Below are positions 1 through 8,664 of a stretch of 32,860 bases of DNA, piece by piece (position 1 is the first letter of the stretch; every line of letters begins with the position of its first letter). The stretch lies in NCBI GenBank assembly GCA_964551725.1, contig CAZKED010000014.1:1-32860 (forward strand), read 5' to 3'. The translations under genes and the position numbers were made by a program. Source of the stretch: an uncultured archaeon (GTDB lineage: Archaea; Iainarchaeota; Iainarchaeia; Iainarchaeales; DTGL01). A model generated the notes under the pieces. That model was not told where the DNA came from. It was given only the letters and a program-made list of their open reading frames with translations, and did no database searches.

Positions 1-136
1 CCAAAAGTTATCAACTAATAAATAATATTTACCAAAAAGAATATAAACTGCTTGCACTCCCCCCAGCAGCCCGTATATAACAATTCCTTGAAAATAAACA
101 TATCTCTTGTATATTTTTCGGTTTCGGAGTCTTTGC

Positions 137-158
137 ACATTAAAGGGTTAAAAATTAG
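137..158. repeat. 22-bp direct repeat, copy 1 (ACATTAAAGGGTTAAAAATTAG), upstream of the Fic gene
   Basis: 21/22 identical to 1239-1260. Confidence 0.8.
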
Positions 159-242
159 GATTCCAAACCCCTTTTTTGTGCAATTTCGGGGTTTTTAACT
201 GCACAAAGGCTTTAGTATATTTTTTTATTATCTTCAAATATA

Positions 243-250
243 TTTAAATA
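243..250 (+). promoter_or_regulatory. TATA box of the Fic gene (probably leaderless transcript)
   Basis: TTTAAATA ends 25 nt before the ATG at 276; no Shine-Dalgarno sequence. Confidence 0.55.
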
Positions 251-275
251 TTTTGTGGTGCCTATCTAATTACTT

Positions 276-1208
276 ATGGCTTATGTAAGAGAGCAGAGGG
301 CGAAAGGCAAAAGCTATTTCTATTTGGTAAAGAACGTCAGGCTAAAGGGCGGCGGATGGAGGCAGTTCAAGAAATACCTGGGAAAAACACTGCCCGGGAA
401 AAAGGAACTGGAAAAACTGAAAAAGGAGTTTGAAGGCGAGGTAAGAAAAAAAACAATGTCAAAATACGTTTACCTGGAAAACCACTTGCTGGAATACGCC
501 GATAAAATAGCAAATCAGTTCCGGCAGAGATACAATAAACTGAACGCCGAGGAAAGATTCGATTTTGACAGAAACTTTCTCATAGTATTCACTTACAATA
601 CAAACTCAATAGAAGGCTCAACCCTCTCACTGAAAGAAACATACAAACTCCTGGAGGAAAACACTGCGCCAAAAAAAGAATATGAGGATATTGTGGAAAC
701 AAAGGCAGCGGAAAAATGCCTAAATTACATAAAAGAGTACAGCGGAAAATTCAACGAAGAATTTCTGCTCGGACTCCACAAAAAATACTTCCAGGAAAGC
801 AAGCCTTTTATTGCCGGAAAATACAAGAGAAGGCAGAACAGGGTTACGAGGGCAAAATTCAAGCCAACGCCGCCGGAACTCGTGCCAACAGACATGAAAA
901 TCTTCTTTAAAGACAATGAAAAAAACAAAAAAGAAATGCATCCCCTGGAACTGGCTGCATGGGCACACTGGAAGCTGGAATGCATTCACCCCTTCCAGGA
1001 CGGAAACGGCAGGATAGGCAGGTTAATAATGAACCAAACACTTCACAGAAACAATTACCCAATGATTGACATAAAAACAAAAAACAAGCAAAGCTATTAC
1101 CATTCACTTGAAAAAAGCGACAAACAAAACAACGCAGAGCCCCTGGCAAGACACCTGGTCAAAAGATTCATAAAACAATACAAAAACGCATTAAAGGAAA
1201 CCGCCTAA
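276..1208 (+). CDS. Fic-family protein (AMPylase), class II, with a basic N-terminal extension
   Basis: Intact Fic motif HPFQDGNGRIGR; inhibitory-type motif TNSIEG N-terminal to it. Confidence 0.92.
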   Translation: MAYVREQRAKGKSYFYLVKNVRLKGGGWRQFKKYLGKTLPGKKELEKLKKEFEGEVRKKTMSKYVYLENHLLEYADKIANQFRQRYNKLNAEERFDFDRNFLIVFTYNTNSIEGSTLSLKETYKLLEENTAPKKEYEDIVETKAAEKCLNYIKEYSGKFNEEFLLGLHKKYFQESKPFIAGKYKRRQNRVTRAKFKPTPPELVPTDMKIFFKDNEKNKKEMHPLELAAWAHWKLECIHPFQDGNGRIGRLIMNQTLHRNNYPMIDIKTKNKQSYYHSLEKSDKQNNAEPLARHLVKRFIKQYKNALKETA

Positions 1209-1238
1209 AAAAAACCTTCCCCTTTTCGAATTACTGGA

Positions 1239-1260
1239 ACATTAAAGGGTTACAAATTAG
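1239..1260. repeat. 22-bp direct repeat, copy 2 (ACATTAAAGGGTTACAAATTAG), downstream of the Fic gene
   Basis: 21/22 identical to 137-158. Confidence 0.8.
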
Positions 1261-1319
1261 TTTTTCGAACACCCCGGAAAGCGTCTTTCTCCTTTTTAAC
1301 TTAACGCAGGGATAACAAC

Positions 1320-1341
1320 TGTCCAAGAAATTGTGTGAAAT
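1320..1341. repeat. 22-bp repeat TGTCCAAGAAATTGTGTGAAAT, copy 1 (IS-end-like)
   Basis: 21/22 identical to 3750-3771; lies next to the toxin stop codon. Confidence 0.8.
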
Positions 1342-1342
1342 G

Positions 1343-1636
1343 TCAGGGGATTTTTGAAAGGTATTTCTCCAGATCGCGGTAGTTCTTTTTCCTTTCCAGA
1401 AGGCAGACAAGGATAATGTTGGGTTCGAGGACAACGTAAACTAGCCTCGATTCCTTTCCGCGCAGGTTCAGCCTTACTCTGAAAACCTTGCTGAACTTTT
1501 TTGAATGAATCCTCTTGAACCTGTAGGGATTCTGCTTAATCAGTTCAATTTTTTCCCTTACAATCCTTTTGCCCTTTGAATCCAGCTTTTCAGCCTGCTC
1601 TACAAAGAACTCAAGGGCAATGACCTTGAAAGTCAT
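1343..1636 (-). CDS. RelE/ParE-superfamily toxin
   Basis: 97 aa, basic; pattern F..Q..KL....I..KI..I..NP, FRVRL, RLVYVV, IILVCLLERKKNY. 4-nt ATGA overlap with the upstream antitoxin gene. Confidence 0.8.
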   Translation of the reverse strand: MTFKVIALEFFVEQAEKLDSKGKRIVREKIELIKQNPYRFKRIHSKKFSKVFRVRLNLRGKESRLVYVVLEPNIILVCLLERKKNYRDLEKYLSKIP

Positions 1637-1887
1637 TGCAATGCCCTCAAAAGCTCCCTTTCTGAAACAACCTTCTTTGCCTTCACGGATTTCTCAATAA
1701 GGGAATCAATAAGCTCGATTTCCTTCCCTGAAAAGGATTCATCGAAATCGCTTTTCTCAAAAACCTTCTCCCTGAGGCACTCCATGAGCAAGTCCTGCAC
1801 ATTCCTGTAGCCATAGCTCTCGGCAAAGCTCTCCGCAGAATCGTAAAGCCCGGAAGGCATTTTAACATTAACCTGTTTGGTAGCCAT
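1633..1887 (-). CDS. Ribbon-helix-helix antitoxin
   Basis: KQVNVKMP beta-ribbon followed by two helices (YGYRNVQDLLMECLREK) and an acidic C-terminal part; directly upstream of the toxin. Confidence 0.8.
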   Translation of the reverse strand: MATKQVNVKMPSGLYDSAESFAESYGYRNVQDLLMECLREKVFEKSDFDESFSGKEIELIDSLIEKSVKAKKVVSERELLRALQ

Positions 1888-1888
1888 A

Positions 1889-1904
1889 GGTATCCATAGA
1901 TACC
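1889..1904. promoter_or_regulatory. Palindromic operator GGTATC-N4-GATACC of the TA operon
   Basis: Perfect 6-bp inverted repeat between the TATA box (about 1912-1919, - strand) and the antitoxin ATG at 1887. Confidence 0.65.
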
Positions 1905-1926
1905 CAAAGGAATTTAAATATTTCCC

Positions 1927-3666
1927 TCACTTTCCGGAGCGAAAGAATTCAGCTCTTGCAGCAATCTCCAGCGCTCCGGCAACAATCGCCAGAACCGCTG
2001 CAAGAAGGAGCAGGCATGCCCCGAAGCCGAGACCCCAGTCAAAGCCCATTTGGGCGGTTGTTCCCGGCCCGTATTCTATGGTTTGGGCATAAGCGCCGGA
2101 AAAGGGAGAAGAAGCAATTTCTTCAAACACTGACTCCGCTGCCCCCATTGCCTCGGCAGGAATCTGCTGGCTGAGCAGGGGCTCAACGCCGGCAATCAGG
2201 GAGGGCAACTGCATTACGACAGCGAGAATTAATATTACTGGAATTGCGTTTGCTATTCCCCTCGAAATATATTTTCTCCCGGCTTTTCCCGTGCTGTTCA
2301 CTCCAACAGTGCCGAGCACGAAAATAAAAAAGCCGGCAGCAATCACAACGCCGAACGGGATTCCCAAGCCGAACATCTGCACTATTCCGTTGCCGGCAAA
2401 CCAGTTCACCAATACCCCGTTAATTCCGTCAATTGTTACGAGTGCAATTTTTCCCTGCGTTGCAACGAACTCGCTGCTAATGTCCGCATTCACATAAAAC
2501 CAGGGCTGGAAAACCGCAAAAAGCGCAACCGCAACGGAAACAATGCAAAGAACGTTCCCCAAACTCTTGGCATTCACTCCATCAATGTAGAAAAGGGAAA
2601 AAATCCTCGGACCCAAACCAGCGCGCTTCTTCTTCCTCAGGATTCCCAGAGCGCTTATTAAAACCCTCACTGCAACGTAAAGCAAGAACAGCAGAACGAA
2701 ATTGTACGCAATCCAGTTCCAGGTGAACCATTCCTGCGTTCCCTGCATCAAGCCGGAGGACCACGCAGCAGGCATTCCCCAGGCATTCCCGCTGTGGAAA
2801 GCGGGGCCAAGTGGACCGCGCTGCCCAAGCGCTGCTGCTTCCAAAGCACCGTACTCGCCCCAGTGTCCGGAAAAATCAATCCAGCCCTGCTCCGCGGAAT
2901 GGTTGCCCGCGCCTTTTTCTCCGAGCATTACCATCTCATAGTCCTTGGGCTCGAGCACGGTTCCGTTGGCGGCAACCTTGTCGCTTGCAAGCCCCACCGC
3001 GCCCTCGAACGGCTTTGCGTAGTTCGCGTGCGAGCCAAGGGCAACAAAAACCTTCGGGTGCGCCCCAGACTTTTCAACGTCCGCCCAGGCAACAAGTTCG
3101 CCGCCCTCGTGCTGCGAAAACGCAGCAAACTCCGGCTTTCCATCAGAATCGAGAAAAACCTGCACCGTTTCCCAGTCCCCCTCGTGCACGTTCAATCTCC
3201 CTGGATTGAACGCATAAAAAAACCAGTACTGGACAACAGTTTTGCTGCTGTAACTGTCCAATGCAACCCTTGCATAAACCGTGTAGCCCAGCGAACTCTC
3301 GCTCTTCTCATATTCCTCAATTACTTTCTCGTCCCCCGCGCTTCCGGGCCTGAAGTCAAGGAAGTACTCTTCTCCCGGAACTGTGAAGGGTGAAATTTCG
3401 CTTGCGCTCAGGGGGCCTTGTGAAACCAGCCTCTCGCTGCCGAGAAACTGCTTCAGGTCGGAATTCTCCAGAAAGTATTCCACTTCAACTGGATACAGCC
3501 TTTCCCCGCTGGCAAAGTACAATATGGGCGAATGCCTTTCCGCGAGCTCCTGCTCCTCAGAGTCAGGAATGCCGTCGTTGTCCGCATCGCCTGCCGCTGC
3601 GGTGGCGAGCGGGGAAAAAATAACCAGAACAAAAAACAAAAATGCGAGTTTCCTAAACAAAGCCAT
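1927..3666 (-). CDS. Secreted Vps62/NPP1-like domain protein with C-terminal multi-pass membrane region
   Basis: Signal peptide; DADNDGIPD Ca-binding-like motif; QYWFFYAFN...HEGDWE, SQHEGG and ALGSHANY motifs; several C-terminal TM helices. Start moved to ATG 3666, which has a GGGGCTGA SD-like sequence. Confidence 0.75.
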   Translation of the reverse strand: MALFRKLAFLFFVLVIFSPLATAAAGDADNDGIPDSEEQELAERHSPILYFASGERLYPVEVEYFLENSDLKQFLGSERLVSQGPLSASEISPFTVPGEEYFLDFRPGSAGDEKVIEEYEKSESSLGYTVYARVALDSYSSKTVVQYWFFYAFNPGRLNVHEGDWETVQVFLDSDGKPEFAAFSQHEGGELVAWADVEKSGAHPKVFVALGSHANYAKPFEGAVGLASDKVAANGTVLEPKDYEMVMLGEKGAGNHSAEQGWIDFSGHWGEYGALEAAALGQRGPLGPAFHSGNAWGMPAAWSSGLMQGTQEWFTWNWIAYNFVLLFLLYVAVRVLISALGILRKKKRAGLGPRIFSLFYIDGVNAKSLGNVLCIVSVAVALFAVFQPWFYVNADISSEFVATQGKIALVTIDGINGVLVNWFAGNGIVQMFGLGIPFGVVIAAGFFIFVLGTVGVNSTGKAGRKYISRGIANAIPVILILAVVMQLPSLIAGVEPLLSQQIPAEAMGAAESVFEEIASSPFSGAYAQTIEYGPGTTAQMGFDWGLGFGACLLLLAAVLAIVAGALEIAARAEFFRSGK

Positions 3667-3749
3667 AACATCAGCCCCCTTAAATGCGAATAAAAAAAGG
3701 AATAAAAAGGGTATTGCCGCCCGACGTACCGCGCCAAGCGCGGGGCTGG

Positions 3750-3771
3750 TGTCCAATAAATTGTGTGAAAT
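3750..3771. repeat. 22-bp repeat TGTCCAATAAATTGTGTGAAAT, copy 2 (IS-end-like)
   Basis: 21/22 identical to 1320-1341; abuts the hydrolase stop codon. Confidence 0.8.
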
Positions 3772-4319
3772 CAGATTTCTTTCTTTATTCCTTCCAACAG
3801 CAGTCCGAATTCAGTGTATCCCGCTTCTGCGTTGAAATGGCCGGCGCCTTTCACCACAATGACGCTTGTGCCGAGGTTTTCCGCAATTAATTCCGCTTTT
3901 TCCAGCGGCACGTAAGGGTCGTTGTCGGAATGGAATATATGAAAGGAACCGCAGTTTTTCCTGATCGAACTCCAGTCGAATTCCCTCTCCGTGAAGGTTT
4001 TCATTTCAGTGTCGAAAGCGTTCCCGGGGCTCTGCGCAAAACCCGCCACGAAGAAAGCAGCTTTTGCTTTCTGCTTTTCCAGCACGCTGAGCAAAAAAGT
4101 CACTCCGAGGGAGTGCCCTACAACAATTGAATTCCCGTCCAGGAAGCCGGGGAATTCCTCCAGTTTTGCAAGCCATTTTTTCAGGCGCGGTTTGTCCGGC
4201 GAGGGAAAATCCGGCACCAACACGCTGTGCCCCAGTTTTTCCAGCTCCCGCTTCAGCCACGGAAACCAGTTCTCTTTGGATGAACCGAATATGCCGTGCA
4301 CAATGAGGACATTTGCCAT
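3771..4319 (-). CDS. Alpha/beta hydrolase, RBBP9/YdeN family
   Basis: IVHG...NWFPWL, nucleophile GHSLG, HSDNDPYVP, GAGHFN. Confidence 0.92.
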   Translation of the reverse strand: MANVLIVHGIFGSSKENWFPWLKRELEKLGHSVLVPDFPSPDKPRLKKWLAKLEEFPGFLDGNSIVVGHSLGVTFLLSVLEKQKAKAAFFVAGFAQSPGNAFDTEMKTFTEREFDWSSIRKNCGSFHIFHSDNDPYVPLEKAELIAENLGTSVIVVKGAGHFNAEAGYTEFGLLLEGIKKEI

Positions 4320-4320
4320 T

Positions 4321-6147
4321 TCAACCCTCGCCGCACCGGTTTTCCGTCACGCCTTCCATGACGGTTTCGCTTGACCCGTCGCTCAATTCAGCCACCACGC
4401 TGTAAGAGTAATCCCTTTCCTCCCAGTAATACTCCAGGGCTACAAAGGAGTAATTCTCCAAGGGACTGTATTCCGAGAAAATTTCCTGTCCTTCCACAAA
4501 GACCTTTACGTCTTCCACAAGTCCTGCATCGCTGCCCTGCAGATAGCCGCCTATTTCAACGTATTTGAATTCCCCGTCGCAAGAGAAGTACGCGCTCGGA
4601 TTCGAAACGGATAAGCCCTGTGCTCCTGGTGTGGGCTCCTGCGTTTGCTCCTGCACCGGCTCAGTGCCGGGCAAAGGAGAAGCAGAAGGCTGCCCCTGCA
4701 GCGGCTCCACAATTATTGTCACTTTTTCGGTCGTGGTTTTTTCGCCTTCCGCTGCAATGAATTCAACTTCGTATGTTCCGGCATCGCCTTCCCCGGTGAG
4801 CCATTTAATGCTCAGCCAGGGCTTTGATTCGTCGGAAAACCAGGCGGAATCGCCGTTGGAAACAGCCCATTTTTCCTTTCCTGCCGCGTCTTTAAATTCG
4901 AGGCTCACTTTTCCGTAATTCTGGCTGTATGCCTGGGCAACAATTTCCACAAGTTCGCCTTCCCTCACGGTTATTTCATGCGAGGGCTGAACCCGTATGG
5001 CGGGCGGAAGGTTTAGGGCGAATTCCCTGTCGATTGTTTCCCTGCGTTCCATTTCCCTGAAAACGCTTCCCGCCCACGCTACAGTCTCCCTCGGCGGTCT
5101 TTCGCAGGAACAGCAGCAGGAGCGAATCCATTTTTTCCCGAGTTCCCCGTAGTCTGCTTCTATGAAATCGCAGCTTCCCGGAATTATTTCGCAGTTCCCT
5201 GTTTTTTCAACGTCAAGCACTCCGTTTTGGGCGGAATATTTTTTCCCGCGCACCCTGCACTCCATTTCAATTATTCCGTCAACAAAATCAATCCTTTCCT
5301 GGTCTTCCTTTTTGTCCGAGTCAATAAAGTAATAAACGGGGTTGTCGCATTGCTTTCTCTGCTTTTCGTTTTCTTCGTGCACGGGGCATTTGTTGGAATT
5401 GCAGTAAACACTGCACCGCATTTCAAGGCTGTTCTCCCCGATGACCCTTTTTTTTGTTAAAGCCTCGCTTTTGATTCTGATGCCCTCTGCCTTTGCAGAT
5501 TCAGCCCACCTGCACGGTCCTCCGGAAACCCTCCTCGAATCCAAATAAATGCTCTCATTGTCTTTTCTCAGGGAATAGTCCACCCAGTAAACGAAAGAAT
5601 TATAGCCGGCTGCAGGGCATTCGCTGAATATTTTTTGGGCAAGGTTCTCACACTCCTTTTTGAAATCGGAATACGCTGTTCCAAGCCCGCCCTCAAAGGG
5701 AAACACTTCCGGGTCGGCGGGAATGCTTGAAAACAGCAGTTCGTCCGCGAGGTATTCTGCGGTGTCGCTTAATCCTGATTCCTGCAGTGAAATGAAGGAA
5801 TCGTAAAACTCGCTTATTGCATCCTTGTTTTCCGATTTCAGCCCGTCGAATTTTTCACTGCATAACCCGCTGAGCGAATTTTTTTCCTCCGCGTCGAGGG
5901 AATCAGCGCTTTCAACAAAGGGGCATATGTTTTCCCTCGCCTCTGACGGGGCAGCAAACGGCTCCATTTCATACAATGGAACAATTCCAATTCCCCGCAC
6001 TTTCCCGGCTTCCTGCGAAGGGGTTCCGCCCGGCTCAGCGGTTGCTTCCGGCGTTGGAGTTGCTTCCTGTGCAGGAGCAGGCTGCTGAGGACAGCCGCTG
6101 AGCAAAAGAAGCGCAATGAACGCAATGAATAATATTGCTTTTTTCAC
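4321..6147 (-). CDS. Cys-rich lipoprotein of unknown function with Ig-like C-terminal regions
   Basis: MKK-hydrophobic-LSGC lipobox; Pro/Thr/Glu linkers; about 19 Cys including SCCCSC; beta-rich W.T...DAGTYEVEF.A segment. Confidence 0.8.
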   Translation of the reverse strand: MKKAILFIAFIALLLLSGCPQQPAPAQEATPTPEATAEPGGTPSQEAGKVRGIGIVPLYEMEPFAAPSEARENICPFVESADSLDAEEKNSLSGLCSEKFDGLKSENKDAISEFYDSFISLQESGLSDTAEYLADELLFSSIPADPEVFPFEGGLGTAYSDFKKECENLAQKIFSECPAAGYNSFVYWVDYSLRKDNESIYLDSRRVSGGPCRWAESAKAEGIRIKSEALTKKRVIGENSLEMRCSVYCNSNKCPVHEENEKQRKQCDNPVYYFIDSDKKEDQERIDFVDGIIEMECRVRGKKYSAQNGVLDVEKTGNCEIIPGSCDFIEADYGELGKKWIRSCCCSCERPPRETVAWAGSVFREMERRETIDREFALNLPPAIRVQPSHEITVREGELVEIVAQAYSQNYGKVSLEFKDAAGKEKWAVSNGDSAWFSDESKPWLSIKWLTGEGDAGTYEVEFIAAEGEKTTTEKVTIIVEPLQGQPSASPLPGTEPVQEQTQEPTPGAQGLSVSNPSAYFSCDGEFKYVEIGGYLQGSDAGLVEDVKVFVEGQEIFSEYSPLENYSFVALEYYWEERDYSYSVVAELSDGSSETVMEGVTENRCGEG

Positions 6148-6214
6148 GCCCTTATTATGTTCAAAGAACTATTTTAGTGTTTCGGTGGACTGGGCGGACT
6201 GCAGAGAGCGGAAT

Positions 6215-6265
6215 GAACAATAAAAAAATAGAAAGAGAAAGAAAAAATAAAAAAAAAGGCAAAAG
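6215..6265 (-). terminator. Oligo-T/pyrimidine tract downstream of alba
   Basis: Long T-rich run on the - strand after the stop codon, typical of archaeal terminators. Confidence 0.45.
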
Positions 6266-6280
6266 AAGTTTTCCGCGAGG

Positions 6281-6553
6281 TTATTTTGTTATTTTTATTT
6301 CTATTGCCGAAACCTTGAGAGGCTTGCCTTCCTCCGAGCTGATTTCCTCTGTGGAGGTCGCTATGTCCACGATTTTGGCTCCTGTCACAAACTTGTTTTT
6401 CACGATTTCCGCGACGTCCACTGCTCTGCTTATTGCCTTACCGCGGGCTTTAATGATAACCTCCTTTGCTCCCTGGTTCATTTGAGTGACAACAGCCAGC
6501 ACGTAAGCCATTGTCCCTTTTTTTCCTACAAAGACAACATTGTCGTCTGCCAT
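6281..6553 (-). CDS. albA: DNA/RNA-binding protein Alba
   Basis: VFVGKK...[21 protein letters not shown]; GGAGGTG SD before ATG 6553. Confidence 0.97.
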   Translation of the reverse strand: MADDNVVFVGKKGTMAYVLAVVTQMNQGAKEVIIKARGKAISRAVDVAEIVKNKFVTGAKIVDIATSTEEISSEEGKPLKVSAIEIKITK

Positions 6554-6598
6554 TTTCTGCACCTCCTATTTTGCTGTACTATTGTATTGCTGTAATCG

Positions 6599-7429
6599 TC
6601 AGCGCAGGTATTCGATTGTTTTCTCGAATACCCCCCTGGTCAGCGCGGGATCGTAGTTGAAGTAAACGCATTTTCCGAGCAATAATCTCTTTTCAACCAC
6701 GCCCGTGTAGTAGTCCGCTTTTCTCACGTTCTGGATGAAAGCTATTTCGTTGCCTACCGCTGCAACCTCGAAGGTCTTGAAGCTGATTTTTGACATTTTT
6801 GGATCTGCGGGAATGACCTCGATGCCCTCCATTATGGGGTGGTCAAAGTCCACTCTCCACAGTTCGCCTGTAACGCTTATCTGTTTTGTGCAGCTTGGAA
6901 TTCCATCCTTGTCGCGGACGCATTCCACCGGCACAACGTCTCCGAGGTTTGCCTTCCATCCTATTATTCCCGGGGAGTCCTTGCGGTAAATTCCCGAGTT
7001 TCCGACAACAATCAGTTTTCCGCCTTTTTTAACGTAATTGCGCAGTGCTTCCCCGACCTGTCTCGGCAGAGTTTTGTCTGACTGGTTGCTCTGGTCCAGC
7101 ATTACAATGTTGTACTGTGCAAGCGTTTCGTTGGGGCTTGCTCTCAGGGAAGAAGCGCTTCTCTGGGAGTACTGCACTAAGTCTTTGTCTTCTTCAAGAA
7201 TGGCAATCGTGCCCGAACTTGGAGTTCCAATTACGAGCATGTTTACAGGACCGCCCGGCGTAATAAAAGGAAGGTCAATTATTCCAAGCCATCCCGCGGC
7301 AACAACCCCTATTAAAATAATCAAAATCAGGGGAATCAGCCCCTCAAAATGATAGCCCAACCTGGACCTCAGGCCCCCGCCAGAAGGCAGTGGGGGCAAA
7401 GCTCCACCTTCATCGTCGTACATTACCAC
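6599..7429 (-). CDS. Membrane-anchored protein with class I GATase-like (flavodoxin-like) domain
   Basis: One N-terminal TM helix; LAQYNIVML...LRNYVKKGGKLIVVG, HPIMEG, GKCVYFNYDP. Confidence 0.7.
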   Translation of the reverse strand: MVMYDDEGGALPPLPSGGGLRSRLGYHFEGLIPLILIILIGVVAAGWLGIIDLPFITPGGPVNMLVIGTPSSGTIAILEEDKDLVQYSQRSASSLRASPNETLAQYNIVMLDQSNQSDKTLPRQVGEALRNYVKKGGKLIVVGNSGIYRKDSPGIIGWKANLGDVVPVECVRDKDGIPSCTKQISVTGELWRVDFDHPIMEGIEVIPADPKMSKISFKTFEVAAVGNEIAFIQNVRKADYYTGVVEKRLLLGKCVYFNYDPALTRGVFEKTIEYLR

Positions 7430-7608
7430 ACCCTTCCAAGTTTTTTCTTTTACAATCCATTCCGCTTTCTTTAACTTTTTTCAATTAATTTGTTAATATT
7501 GTAATATATTTAGTGCTGTTTTCCTTTTTATTCTTTTTGTTCCGCTCTCGCTACGGCAACCAACAATATTAATGGCTTTCTAAGTTTAAAAACCTTTTCT
7601 TTGGCTTT

Positions 7609-8571
7609 TTACCCGTAAATAACCGCCAGGTACGTGTTTTCCAGCAGGGAAACATAGCGGTGTTCTGGTGCAATCTTTTCGTTCACGAAGTATTCCGGCG
7701 GCAGGGCATAGTATACAACGTTCTGACCGATGCCCAGACCGAAGAGGCGCGATTTTGCGTTCGTCATTATGAGGGGCAAATTGTTTCCGTAATTCTCGCC
7801 TCCCGCTATAAAGTTGCCCTGGAAATCAACGGTCATTACAATAGTGCTCGTGCCTGTCGCAATCGGCTTTACAATGGAAAAATCCCTGTCGCCTGAAACG
7901 CAGAAAGACATTCCCGAGCCGAACCCGTAAACCAGGGGGTTGTCGTTTGAAACAGGGTTGAGCAAGCCAGCGCAGGTTTCCCCGCTTGCCGCGCAATTGC
8001 GCATGCTGCAGTAATTTCCCAGGTATTCCACGCCCAGCAGTTCGTCCAATAAAACCATTTTGTTGTCCAGTTTCCTTGCCCAGGGGCCCAGCGGGGAATG
8101 CGGGGCATTCTCGTCCCTGCTCTTCTCGTCCTCGTACAACTGGTTTTTTTCTTCCACAAGCTCGGCGGCAGCGTCGCCTGTCCACACCAGATTGCCGCCG
8201 AAATTCGCGTAATCGATGAACATTTTCACCTTCTCGGTGCTCATTTTCCTCGCCTTCTCCACAATGACCAAATCGTACTGTTTCAGGTTGCCGGGATTGA
8301 CGTAATCAACGTTCAAAAGCACCGGTCTCACGCCGATGCCCGTGGGCTTCGCCATTTCCCTCTGCAGCATTTCGGGCTCTCCCAAACCTGACTCACCGTA
8401 CACTATTGCCACGCGCGGCTTTCCCAGTATCCCATAGTACACATCGCACCATCCGGGAATGAAGCCGCATTTCATCGTGCTCGTCCAGGTGAGCACGAAA
8501 AGAAGCACAAAAACAAGCGCAAGGAGCACTACCACGTGCACCGAGTCCTTCACGAGTCTGCGGGTGTCCAT
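7609..8571 (-). CDS. Membrane-anchored protein with class I GATase-like domain (divergent paralogue of 6599-7429)
   Basis: N-terminal TM helix; LKQYDLVIV...FIDYANFGGNLVWTG, NPLVYG, GQNVVYYALPP. Confidence 0.7.
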   Translation of the reverse strand: MDTRRLVKDSVHVVVLLALVFVLLFVLTWTSTMKCGFIPGWCDVYYGILGKPRVAIVYGESGLGEPEMLQREMAKPTGIGVRPVLLNVDYVNPGNLKQYDLVIVEKARKMSTEKVKMFIDYANFGGNLVWTGDAAAELVEEKNQLYEDEKSRDENAPHSPLGPWARKLDNKMVLLDELLGVEYLGNYCSMRNCAASGETCAGLLNPVSNDNPLVYGFGSGMSFCVSGDRDFSIVKPIATGTSTIVMTVDFQGNFIAGGENYGNNLPLIMTNAKSRLFGLGIGQNVVYYALPPEYFVNEKIAPEHRYVSLLENTYLAVIYG

Positions 8572-8664
8572 TTTGCTTACCCAAAAATTTATAATCCCTA
8601 GTCATTAATATTAATGTATTGAGACTTTAAAAAGGTAATAGAAAAGCAGGAAAAGGTAAACAGC

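Noticed and set aside
1-135. AT-rich left end as a replication origin or coding remnant
   Set aside because: No ORB-like repeats or cdc6 nearby, and too little sequence to call a gene.
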